Of a DNA stretch of 52,373 bases, positions 27,606 to 35,593 are shown in pieces; position 1 is the stretch's first letter; each line of letters begins with the position of its first letter. The position numbers and the translations under genes are program-made. Below the pieces are notes generated by a model. That model was not told the DNA's origin and did no database searches. It was given only the letters and a program-made list of their open reading frames with translations. The stretch is from Pseudomonas phage P7869. The DNA lies in the sequence record PV173770.1; one strand, given 5' to 3'.

Positions 27606-29259
27606 CGTTCCCCTCCTTGCCGGGCGCGGCGGCGAGCATACCGAGCGCTCGCTGTACCTCTTCTCGGTCACCATCACTGCCGTCAATGACAACGTTTCCA
27701 ATTGGGTCGCAGAGGACAGCACGTAACTTACGCAAGGCTTCCTCAACAAGAACCGGCCTTGAATAGATCGGGATTGTGTAACCGTTCGCTCTATCCTCGT
27801 TCGGCTTGCAAGGCTGGTGATCCTTTAGCGGCAGTGATTGCACCCACCCATCCGGCACGCTGTGCTGAGCCTGGGCTACAGGGGCGGCGTAGAGTGGAAT
27901 CGTGTAATGCTCGCTGACATCGAGTGGGCGATAGATTCCTCTACTACTGCCCGGCACGCGCTGTAGCAGATCCTTGACGTCTCGATGGATGACATCGACG
28001 CGGTTTGGCTGATCGTGCATCCATGCCACCGGCTGCTGCCTCTCCAGCTCTGCGACCCTGGCCAGGGCGGCGTCATGTGCCTCGCACTTTTCCAGCATGT
28101 AGCGCAGCGAATCCAGCAGTTCGCCTTTGTCCGGGTTCATACCGATGTCGTGGCCGATGGCTTCCCACGCCTCCAGAACGGTGATCACCTCGGAGCGGAA
28201 CCCGGAATACCAGAGCTTTACCGCTTCTTCCTTGTGCAGCGGGTAGCCGAGCCCGGCTGCTTCAAGCTCGTCCTCGGTTGGCCCCTCCGGCCGCTCCTGC
28301 TTCTCCAGCTCCGCGACCCTGGCCAGGGCGGCGTCGCGCTCCGCCGTGCGGCCCGAAACCAGACCATCAAGACGAGCAATTTCCGCTTCCCGTTCTCTGA
28401 TTTCGTTCTGTAATGCACGGTACGTTTCCTGGCCGGAATCCATGTAATCGTTCTTGTGCTGGCGGAGCTGGGCTATCACCGCCCGCAGCTCCCCGACGAT
28501 GCGCTCGTGCTGGGCGACGGTCATAAGCGGCCGGCGTTCGACGGTGTAGGAGCGTTCGAACTCCTCGCCTTTTCCTGGGTGCCAGAGACTCCAGCCAGTT
28601 TGCGGGCCTGCGGTGACACGGTATTGCCACGCCACCACCTCCGGCCGCTCCGCCTCTGCCTGCGCCGGGGAGGGTTGCGCTTGAAGCCGCTCCAGGGCCG
28701 CGTCGAGAATGTCACCGACGCTCGCCGTCCCACTGAAGCCCAGCACCTTGAACAATGCATTGACCTTCTCGCGTGGCGCTTCGTATGGCTGGACCAATGG
28801 CTCGCCCATGAAGGTTTGGCCGTTGTGAGCTTGCCGCAGTGCCTGCTCAGCTTCCAGTGCACGGCGCTTCCAGATGGCTATGTCTTCGCGAGCGCCTTGG
28901 TAGGCATCGCCGTACTCGCCAGCCGGGGAGGGTTGCGCCAGGGCGGCGCGGGCACGGGAAGCGTCGGCAGTGCATTCCGAGCAGAGTCCAGGGCCGCCGC
29001 ACCGCATCTTCACTCCGTCAGCACGTGGGAAGACGTGCCCATGCCCGACGTTCGCGCCTGCCTGCTCTACCGCAGGATGTGCCGGGCACGGATGGCGGAG
29101 GGAGCCGTCTCCGGAAGGGCAGGTGCAAATATCTTTCGGGGGTAGTGCAGCGTCACAGTTCTGGCACATGCCGGAGCCGGCAATGAACCCTGCGTCGTAG
29201 CTGTCGGCTGGGTACTCGTCGCCGCAAGGGCAGCGCACATCGGTCAATTCGTTGCTCAC
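27598..29259 (-). CDS. Large hypothetical protein (553 aa): Cys-rich N-terminus, coiled coil, internal duplications
   Basis: DAALARVAELE(K/R)Q occurs twice, from a 40-nt direct repeat in the DNA. (H/G)YTIP(L/I)Y also occurs twice. Confidence 0.5.
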   Translation of the reverse strand: MSNELTDVRCPCGDEYPADSYDAGFIAGSGMCQNCDAALPPKDICTCPSGDGSLRHPCPAHPAVEQAGANVGHGHVFPRADGVKMRCGGPGLCSECTADASRARAALAQPSPAGEYGDAYQGAREDIAIWKRRALEAEQALRQAHNGQTFMGEPLVQPYEAPREKVNALFKVLGFSGTASVGDILDAALERLQAQPSPAQAEAERPEVVAWQYRVTAGPQTGWSLWHPGKGEEFERSYTVERRPLMTVAQHERIVGELRAVIAQLRQHKNDYMDSGQETYRALQNEIREREAEIARLDGLVSGRTAERDAALARVAELEKQERPEGPTEDELEAAGLGYPLHKEEAVKLWYSGFRSEVITVLEAWEAIGHDIGMNPDKGELLDSLRYMLEKCEAHDAALARVAELERQQPVAWMHDQPNRVDVIHRDVKDLLQRVPGSSRGIYRPLDVSEHYTIPLYAAPVAQAQHSVPDGWVQSLPLKDHQPCKPNEDRANGYTIPIYSRPVLVEEALRKLRAVLCDPIGNVVIDGSDGDREEVQRALGMLAAAPGKEGNDD

Positions 29260-29468
29260 AATCCCTTCTCCTGCCGCTCAATAGCAGCGATGAATTCGAC
29301 AATCTCTGTGCTGAGGTCCATGGCGCCAATGCTGTTGTGGACCCCGACGTATTTGTTGGCCTTCTTGAGCAGGAGCATTGCGGTTGGAAGAAGTCCAGAA
29401 CCGCACTTGCCCTTGCACAAGGCGTCGATCTTCCGCATCTCGGCTGATTCGCAGAGTCCGCTATTCAT
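29256..29468 (-). CDS. Hypothetical protein (about 70 aa)
   Basis: Start refined to the MNSGLC ATG. Confidence 0.3.
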   Translation of the reverse strand: MNSGLCESAEMRKIDALCKGKCGSGLLPTAMLLLKKANKYVGVHNSIGAMDLSTEIVEFIAAIERQEKGL

Positions 29469-29650
29469 GCTGCCACCCTCGGGGCTATGCCCATGTCTCT
29501 GTCGTGATGTCCTGCGAGCCACAGCGACCGTTCATAGAGCATGTGCAGTCCGTAGGGGCAGGCTTGAAGACGCTCGCCGCGATCCCGGGCTTCTATGCCC
29601 TCGCGGTATTCGTCGGTCGATTCGGGGAACTCAAGCCGCTTGCTTTGCAT
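29465..29650 (-). CDS. Ribosome modulation factor (Rmf)-like small protein
   Basis: YREGIEARDRGERLQACPYGLHMLYERSLWLAGHHD parallels the Rmf core (GYQAG..G......CPY.....RS.WL.GW). Confidence 0.45.
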   Translation of the reverse strand: MQSKRLEFPESTDEYREGIEARDRGERLQACPYGLHMLYERSLWLAGHHDRDMGIAPRVAA

Positions 29651-30230
29651 TTACTGCTCGCCTCCGCGCGTTTTCACAGGCCTTGCATTCGCTGCAATGG
29701 CCGTCCTTCTTGCTCGGGTTCGAGTAGTAGTCAGATAGAGGCTTGAGCGTCTTGCACTTCGAGCATGGTTTCTCGCCGTTTATGAGCGTCGATTTCCCAT
29801 GTCCGGATGCCCTCCACTTGTCGAACTCGGTGCGGGTGGAGAAATAGGTGCGAAGCAGGCGCTGTACGGTGTGATCGCTTACCCCCATGGCAGGGCCGAT
29901 CTCCCATCGACCGCAATCGAGGATCACTAGGTCTTCGAGCATCTGGCAGTATTCGATGTCCTTTGCCGTGCGCTTGGCCTGAACACGCTTCTGCTGCTCT
30001 CGCTCCATTCCGGTAGATGCTCCGGTAATGCGGCTATTGAACGTGGCCGGCTGATTTGAAGAGACGCCCGCAGGGATATTCGTGATGACCCCTCCCGCTG
30101 CCAGGTACTCAGCAACGGCGTCTTGAATGTCATCGTGAGTCAGCGCATGGGCAACCGGCTCTTGCACGCCGGACCACGCATCAGCGCCGATTCTCAGGTC
30201 GCTTAGAATCTCGGGAATGTCGGTTTCCAT
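29631..30230 (-). CDS. Hypothetical protein with C-terminal zinc-ribbon (CSKC...CSECKAC)
   Basis: 199 aa. Cys4 cluster at the C-terminus. Confidence 0.4.
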   Translation of the reverse strand: METDIPEILSDLRIGADAWSGVQEPVAHALTHDDIQDAVAEYLAAGGVITNIPAGVSSNQPATFNSRITGASTGMEREQQKRVQAKRTAKDIEYCQMLEDLVILDCGRWEIGPAMGVSDHTVQRLLRTYFSTRTEFDKWRASGHGKSTLINGEKPCSKCKTLKPLSDYYSNPSKKDGHCSECKACENARRRAVNAKQAA

Positions 30231-30293
30231 GGCTTTCTCCTGGCAAAAGAAAAGGCCCTATTGAGGGCCTTTAATTTCGAGTAACTTGTTGAT

Positions 30294-30575
30294 TTAGAAC
30301 GGGATATCGTCGTCGAAACTGTCGTTAGCCTGAGCTTGTCGAGGTGCGCTCTGCGGTTGTTGAGGCTGATCCTTCTTCGGCTCGAACAGAGCAAGCCATA
30401 CTCCGCCGTCTTCTGATCGCTGCGGGCAACCTGCGGGGTTGAAGCAGGCATCGAGTTTCAGCCTGAAGCCGTTCTTGGTGTTTACGATCACGCCAACCTT
30501 TCGGCTCAGGTACTTGACCTGGCCATCCTTCTCGTACTGGCCAACGGTGGCCACGACGTCGTATTTCACGCTCAT
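30294..30575 (-). CDS. Small protein (93 aa) ending in the SSB C-terminal tail motif DSFDDDIPF
   Basis: The C-terminal 9 aa are identical in character to the bacterial SSB acidic tip (DDDIPF). The N-terminal 60 aa could be a minimal OB-like fold. Directly downstream of the exonuclease. Confidence 0.45.
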   Translation of the reverse strand: MSVKYDVVATVGQYEKDGQVKYLSRKVGVIVNTKNGFRLKLDACFNPAGCPQRSEDGGVWLALFEPKKDQPQQPQSAPRQAQANDSFDDDIPF

Positions 30576-30578
30576 GTG

Positions 30579-31196
30579 TTACCTCGGGATTGTTTGATAG
30601 GTCTGCTCGACCAGTTCTAGGAAAGCCTCGCGTCGGTCGCGCAGGCGTTGGATTTCATCAGCGCATTCGGATCGATACAGTCGGTGGACGATCAGTTGGC
30701 TGGCCGGAGGGAACTCCGAGCAGTAGCTAATGAAGTCGACCCACTCCCGGCCAGTGCAGTCGAGGTGGCCGATCAGTTGCCAGCGGTACGCAGGATCGAA
30801 GGAATCGCGGCGCAGGGTGGCGTAGTGGACAGCCGCAGTGACGGACTTAATCTCGACCACGCCGTCTTCCATTACGAGGCCATCAGGACTGTCTCCGTAC
30901 AGTTCCCAATCGAAGAACCCGCCGTTGGATACTTCAACGAAGTTCTCGTCCTCGTAGAGCATTCTGGCAACTGGCTCCTGTTCATGGCCGCGCTCAGTGT
31001 GATCATTGGAGAAACTGAAGGACGCCTTCACGCCGGTAGCGCGCTCCAGGGCAATCTGAAGCGCGTACTTCTTTGCCGGCTCGCCGAAGGCCTTGCCCTC
31101 GTTCGCCATGAAAGTCCCGAAACTGGACGCAGTGGCCTTTCCGATTCTCAGCGCCTCCCACACATCACTGTTCTGCGGTACGTCGTGCCATCTCAT
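30579..31196 (-). CDS. YqaJ / lambda-Exo-like PD-(D/E)XK exonuclease
   Basis: N-terminal WEALRIGKATASSFGTF (YqaJ motif) and GDSPDGLV...VEIK catalytic D...E.K. Confidence 0.7.
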   Translation of the reverse strand: MRWHDVPQNSDVWEALRIGKATASSFGTFMANEGKAFGEPAKKYALQIALERATGVKASFSFSNDHTERGHEQEPVARMLYEDENFVEVSNGGFFDWELYGDSPDGLVMEDGVVEIKSVTAAVHYATLRRDSFDPAYRWQLIGHLDCTGREWVDFISYCSEFPPASQLIVHRLYRSECADEIQRLRDRREAFLELVEQTYQTIPR

Positions 31197-31698
31197 CGGC
31201 GCACTCCTGCATCAGTTGCTGCTGGTGTTCTTCTGAGATGAAGACGCGGGCGGTCACTGCATCGAGGTTGCCGTCGCGCAGGTATGCGTTCTTCGCGTTA
31301 GCCCATTGCTTCGTGCATTCCGGCGTCAGGACGGCTTGTACCGGTGCTTTCGGGCTGATCCGCAGGCCTTCAACCGACTCCTTTCCGAAACGCACGTTGC
31401 TGTCGACGTAGACCGTCACGCGCACGTTCAGCCAGTCATCGATGAACGACGAGCCGGTCAGCGCCTTGAGCGTCTTGCTGTTGGTCGCGTTCAGGATCAT
31501 CGGCTTCAGCTTCTCGCCTGGCCGCAGTTCCTTTTCTACGAAGTGGGCGGTGTTGAACATGTCCTTGGTCTTCTTCGTGCGGTCTGGCTCAAGACCCACT
31601 CGCGCGATAGTTAGGACAGTTGGCTCGACAATGTCAGCACTGCTCAGGTACGGCGAGTCGAACGCCTTCCTGAAGTGCGTTTTGCCTTCGTTGGACAT
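31165..31698 (-). CDS. Hypothetical protein (177 aa) upstream partner of the exonuclease; candidate ssDNA-annealing/binding protein
   Basis: Positional evidence only. No RecT/ERF/Redbeta signature recognised. Confidence 0.35.
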   Translation of the reverse strand: MSNEGKTHFRKAFDSPYLSSADIVEPTVLTIARVGLEPDRTKKTKDMFNTAHFVEKELRPGEKLKPMILNATNSKTLKALTGSSFIDDWLNVRVTVYVDSNVRFGKESVEGLRISPKAPVQAVLTPECTKQWANAKNAYLRDGNLDAVTARVFISEEHQQQLMQECADEMARRTAEQ

Positions 31699-31743
31699 TT
31701 TGGTGATACCTCGCCGCGCATGCGCAGCCAGTGAAGGGAGGGG

Positions 31744-32196
31744 TTATTGCTTGTGTGCGTTCGGATCGACGATGTGCTTGTCGAACAGCTTTTTGTGCCG
31801 GCGCGCGAAGCGAGCAAGGTGCGCTACGGCAAAAAGCGTCAGGCCGCATACCGTGATCGGGTAGAGGTCAAAGGAAAGCAGGAGAAGGCTAGGGGCTGTG
31901 ACAGCTATCAGAACTGGGTAGAAGAAACCACTTGCACCATCGCTCCCACTCTTGTTCTTTGAATGCCGGTAGACATAAATGGACCAGCGATCATCTTCCA
32001 GATGAAACCCAAGTAGACCCATAACCCAATGGGTCAGAAAGTTGTGTCGCGGCGGCTTCGAATCATCAATCCAAGCCCAAGCCCTACCCCAAGCCCAAGC
32101 AAGAAAGACGGCAAAGGCCCATAGAAAAGCAAGAACGAGACCAAGGATGAAAGTGAACAGATAATCAGGAACTTGCGTGATATGTTCATGAGGCAT
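31744..32196 (-). CDS. Integral membrane protein (150 aa, 3-4 TM), low-GC moron
   Basis: Hydrophobic helices. GC is clearly lower than the flanks. Contains reiterated GCCCAAGC nucleotide motifs (the AWAWGRAWAW peptide). Confidence 0.45.
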   Translation of the reverse strand: MPHEHITQVPDYLFTFILGLVLAFLWAFAVFLAWAWGRAWAWIDDSKPPRHNFLTHWVMGLLGFHLEDDRWSIYVYRHSKNKSGSDGASGFFYPVLIAVTAPSLLLLSFDLYPITVCGLTLFAVAHLARFARRHKKLFDKHIVDPNAHKQ

Positions 32197-32346
32197 GATG
32201 TTCTCCAGGTAGAAGGGGAAAGGCGCTTACGGCGCCACTCGGCAGCGTCACCCCTGCGGGATGAATAGCGTTGCGCTAGAAGCCGCTGCTGCGGGTGTTT
32301 TCTTCATGCCGCCCACCGCCCGCTGGGGAAGCCGCAGTTATCCGGA

Positions 32347-32484
32347 TTACCGGCCTGCTGCGGACAGGTGCGTAGATTCTGCGGTGATGATTCCGCCCCA
32401 GATCGGGCCGGCTGCGAGAATGAACAGGTACAGCAGGCCGCCGAAGAGGCTGCCTAGCCAGATTGCTGTGCGTCGATGGTTCAT
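32347..32484 (-). CDS. Small membrane peptide (45 aa)
   Basis: AAGGAGG RBS 6 nt upstream of the ATG. Single TM helix. Confidence 0.35.
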   Translation of the reverse strand: MNHRRTAIWLGSLFGGLLYLFILAAGPIWGGIITAESTHLSAAGR

Positions 32485-32840
32485 GCTGCCTCCTTGGTAC
32501 GCCTGGAACCTGGGTACTCCGGATGCGATGGGTACTGGGTTGGTCTTACGACAGAGGCTAGAAGCTTCTTCCAAGTGGCTGCATTGTTCGGCAGGCACAC
32601 ACCGAACTCTTTTGTGTCGTACTCGACGTCGTCAACGAGAAATGGCATCAGGCTCAGCGGCACGGCGATGTTCGAGCAGCCGCTGTTGTAGTAGCTCAGA
32701 TGTTCAAGGATTCGTTTTTCGGAGTAGATGCCGGCGCTCTCCAGCTTCCAGCAGTAGCCGCGGTCATCAGAACGCCACAAAGTGATTGCCTTGTGGCGAC
32801 GCTTCGTGTGTTTGAGGCTGATAACTATGTAGTCAGTCAT
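32481..32840 (-). CDS. Hypothetical protein (119 aa)
   Basis: Start refined to the MTDYIVISLK ATG. Confidence 0.4.
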   Translation of the reverse strand: MTDYIVISLKHTKRRHKAITLWRSDDRGYCWKLESAGIYSEKRILEHLSYYNSGCSNIAVPLSLMPFLVDDVEYDTKEFGVCLPNNAATWKKLLASVVRPTQYPSHPEYPGSRRTKEAA

Positions 32841-32946
32841 GGCGTAACCATCCCCACAAATGCCAAGGCGAAAGCGCCGATACCGCCCAAGAAAAAGGCC
32901 GCGAAGAACGTTGTCTTGGCGGCCTCTTTCAGGTCTATGGTGATGG

Positions 32947-33222
32947 TCATAGCGTGCACTCCATCGCGGCGTCGATGGCCTTATCTGCGCGGATGCTTTC
33001 GCTTTCAGCAGGCGGCAAACCGAAGTTGATGTAATCAGATTGAGCTGACTCAATCGCCTCGACGGTCAGGATGTTCCGCGCATGACGCCAGCGCTTAGCA
33101 TAAGCCTCAGCAGCGATAAGTCGCTCAGCTAGTTCATACAGCGCAGAGATGGGGCACGGAATCGAATCCATGCAGCCATCTGCCAACTCCGCCAACTGCT
33201 CATCACTGATGGGGGTTGTCAT
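32947..33222 (-). CDS. Hypothetical acidic protein (91 aa)
   Basis: ORF only. Confidence 0.4.
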   Translation of the reverse strand: MTTPISDEQLAELADGCMDSIPCPISALYELAERLIAAEAYAKRWRHARNILTVEAIESAQSDYINFGLPPAESESIRADKAIDAAMECTL

Positions 33223-33737
33223 TTCCCTTCCTCCTGGCGGCGGTAGCCGGCGTCAAATAGCGCGTAAAGCGTAGGGTACTGATATGGAACTCCTTGAATT
33301 GACATAGCCATATCACCGACTGCCTTCTCCCGCTCCTCGGCGGCGATCTGCTCAGGAGTGCGGATGCGCCTGAAGTTTTCCGGGTTTCCGACGATGAATG
33401 AGTCGCCGTCCTCGGGCTGTAACCACGCATCGCCATTGGCGTAGGCCAGCACGGTTACGCGCCTCCACTCGTGATCCAAGCCGGATTTCCATTCCACCAG
33501 CAGGCCGGTTGGCGGCAGGCCATGGCCGCCCCAGGCCTCTTGCGGTCTAGCCTCGAATGTCGCCTCACGCTCTGCGGATACAAAACAATCTGCCCACACT
33601 CCGGCACACACTTCGCTTCCTTCGAGCCAATAGGACCATTCATTCCCGACCTTTTTCATCCAGCCTTCGCCGAATACTATCCCCCTCGGCTCCCAATGAG
33701 TCGCACCCTCCGGTGCCGTGTTCCAGTCAATGCTCAT
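33219..33737 (-). CDS. Hypothetical protein (172 aa), Trp-rich
   Basis: ORF only. Confidence 0.4.
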   Translation of the reverse strand: MSIDWNTAPEGATHWEPRGIVFGEGWMKKVGNEWSYWLEGSEVCAGVWADCFVSAEREATFEARPQEAWGGHGLPPTGLLVEWKSGLDHEWRRVTVLAYANGDAWLQPEDGDSFIVGNPENFRRIRTPEQIAAEEREKAVGDMAMSIQGVPYQYPTLYALFDAGYRRQEEGK

Positions 33738-34099
33738 GCTCGCCTCTCCCTAACCAGTCGTTCAGCGTTCTCGATAAGCGTGGATTCGAATGCGCGGAAC
33801 CAGATGCGTTGTGCCAGCTCGAGGTCGCCACGGCGCACTGCAAGCAGTAGCTGAGTCATCGGGCACTCTTTGCTGTCGACCTCTGCGAGCCACTCAGGCA
33901 CGAATCCGGCAAAGCCGTAGACCGTAAACTCAGGGCCGATAAAGGGCCTTTCTTTCCGATCATGGAACGGCACGCAATCACCGTCCTCGCAGTTCAACAG
34001 CTTGCCGACTTGCTCAGTGACATACTCGCGGTCGCCGTCATCATTAGGCGGTAGCGCGTTGTCCCAGCGCTCCTGGGCGTATTTCAATGCGGTGTTCAT
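33734..34099 (-). CDS. Hypothetical protein (121 aa)
   Basis: ORF only. Confidence 0.4.
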   Translation of the reverse strand: MNTALKYAQERWDNALPPNDDGDREYVTEQVGKLLNCEDGDCVPFHDRKERPFIGPEFTVYGFAGFVPEWLAEVDSKECPMTQLLLAVRRGDLELAQRIWFRAFESTLIENAERLVRERRA

Positions 34100-34398
34100 G
34101 CGGCTACCCTCCTGTTTTCCTGCGGAATCCGGCAGGCTAGATCTAGGTCTTCGGCAGCTTGATAGAACTCATCGAATGCCAGACCATCCGGGTAGTCGTA
34201 TGGGCCTGCCGTTTCCCATACCAGTTGTATGAGGCTGTCACAGGCCAAGCACGTCTTGGCGCTGTAGAAGTCACCTTCGTTCTGGCCGGCGACCTTCACG
34301 TATCGCTCACCTGCATTCACAATGCGGTAGCAGCATTCGCACAGGTGTCGGCGGCGAGCCTTGCGCGTTTCCTTTGTTTGGAATGACATGATGTTCAC
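34096..34398 (-). CDS. Hypothetical Cys-rich protein (100 aa)
   Basis: CECC....C..C pattern. Confidence 0.4.
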   Translation of the reverse strand: MNIMSFQTKETRKARRRHLCECCYRIVNAGERYVKVAGQNEGDFYSAKTCLACDSLIQLVWETAGPYDYPDGLAFDEFYQAAEDLDLACRIPQENRRVAA

Positions 34399-34451
34399 CT
34401 CGCGTTCGCGTGCATGCGGCAGCGTTCCGAATCGCTGTCGTCATACAGGCG

Positions 34452-34475
34452 AAAAAATGCCCGGACTTGCCGGGC
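34452..34475 (-). terminator. Intrinsic terminator on minus strand (GCCCGG-caagt-CCGGGC + T6)
   Basis: Hairpin with an A6 tract on the plus strand (T6 on the minus strand) downstream of gene 34647..35060. Confidence 0.55.
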
Positions 34476-34646
34476 TAATGAGGGGTAGGGTGGGGATGTG
34501 CCGGAGTCTCACCGGCGACTGACTTGGCGCGGACCCATTCAGTGACTCATTTCGTATGCCGAAGCAGGGACGGCCGCAGGTACCTAGTACATCTCCCGCT
34601 GCGCGGGACTCATCCCCATTGAAGGGTGGCGTCCTTGCCGGGGAAG

Positions 34647-35060
34647 TCAGCGGGCTCTGCGAACCTTGAAGCACAGCATTGCCTCAGCGCTGTCAAAGAC
34701 CTCTTCAAGATCCTTGAACACCTTGTACTTGGCCTTGCTCCGGGTTTCGGCGTAAACCCTGTGTACGTAGTGGCGTGCGTCTCCGATCAGGTAATCGACC
34801 TGAAACCAGTCGAAGTCACCAGTCAGAACCTCCCATTCCTTGAGCGGCATCTGGCGAGCCATCCCTAGGTACTCAACATCATGAGTTGGGTGGTAGTTGT
34901 TTACTGCCTTGGTTGGGTCAGAGTCCAGCGTAACGCCGATGTAATTGCCGCGATCCTCAACAATGATCCCGGGCTGACCGCAGGCGATCACCATGCGGCC
35001 AATGTGCGCTGGCACTCCGTATTGCTGGCAAACGTACTCCAGCGGCTGTCCGTATGACAT
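34647..35060 (-). CDS. Hypothetical protein (137 aa; start refined, GGAGG RBS)
   Basis: ORF only. Confidence 0.4.
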   Translation of the reverse strand: MSYGQPLEYVCQQYGVPAHIGRMVIACGQPGIIVEDRGNYIGVTLDSDPTKAVNNYHPTHDVEYLGMARQMPLKEWEVLTGDFDWFQVDYLIGDARHYVHRVYAETRSKAKYKVFKDLEEVFDSAEAMLCFKVRRAR

Positions 35061-35091
35061 CTCGCCTCCAGTGTGTATGCGCCAGGGCGCG

Positions 35092-35361
35092 TTAGGCGGT
35101 GGACTTGGCGATTGCGGCTCGGGCTGCTTCCCAAAGCTCTGGTGTGGTTTGCTCGCACTCAACCAGAGCGACAAGGGCCTCAAGCAGCTCTGGCGCGGCA
35201 GCCAATAATTTGGCATTCGCTTCGCCCTCCGGGATTTGGCGATTGTAACTAGCAATCACAATATCGCCGCCTTCGGTTGTTATCTGAGCCTCAAGCTCAT
35301 CGACTGGGTTGTAGCCAGACCAGTAGTCCCATGGCCCTGGTGTATACGACTGCTTGCCCAT
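35092..35361 (-). CDS. Small TPGPW-motif protein (Ead/Ea22-like N-terminal motif)
   Basis: MGKQSYTPGPWDYW shares the TPGPW motif with 24557..25090 and 25045..25518. Confidence 0.4.
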   Translation of the reverse strand: MGKQSYTPGPWDYWSGYNPVDELEAQITTEGGDIVIASYNRQIPEGEANAKLLAAAPELLEALVALVECEQTTPELWEAARAAIAKSTA

Positions 35362-35593
35362 TCTGTTCTCCTGCCTGTCAGGCGTCTTGCTGTTGAATAG
35401 GACGACGCTTCAGACTGATCGGCAAAAACATCGTCAGAAGCAGAAATCCCCACATTGCTGCGAACTCGCCAAGTGATGGCATGGATTCCTCTCTTGCCGT
35501 ATCAGGGCAAATGGAGCGAACGCCGGGCGCTTCCCCGGATGCGTCAGGTCTGGCTGCGCTAGCCCCTCGACTCGTTCGCTGTTCGGTGGCGGC

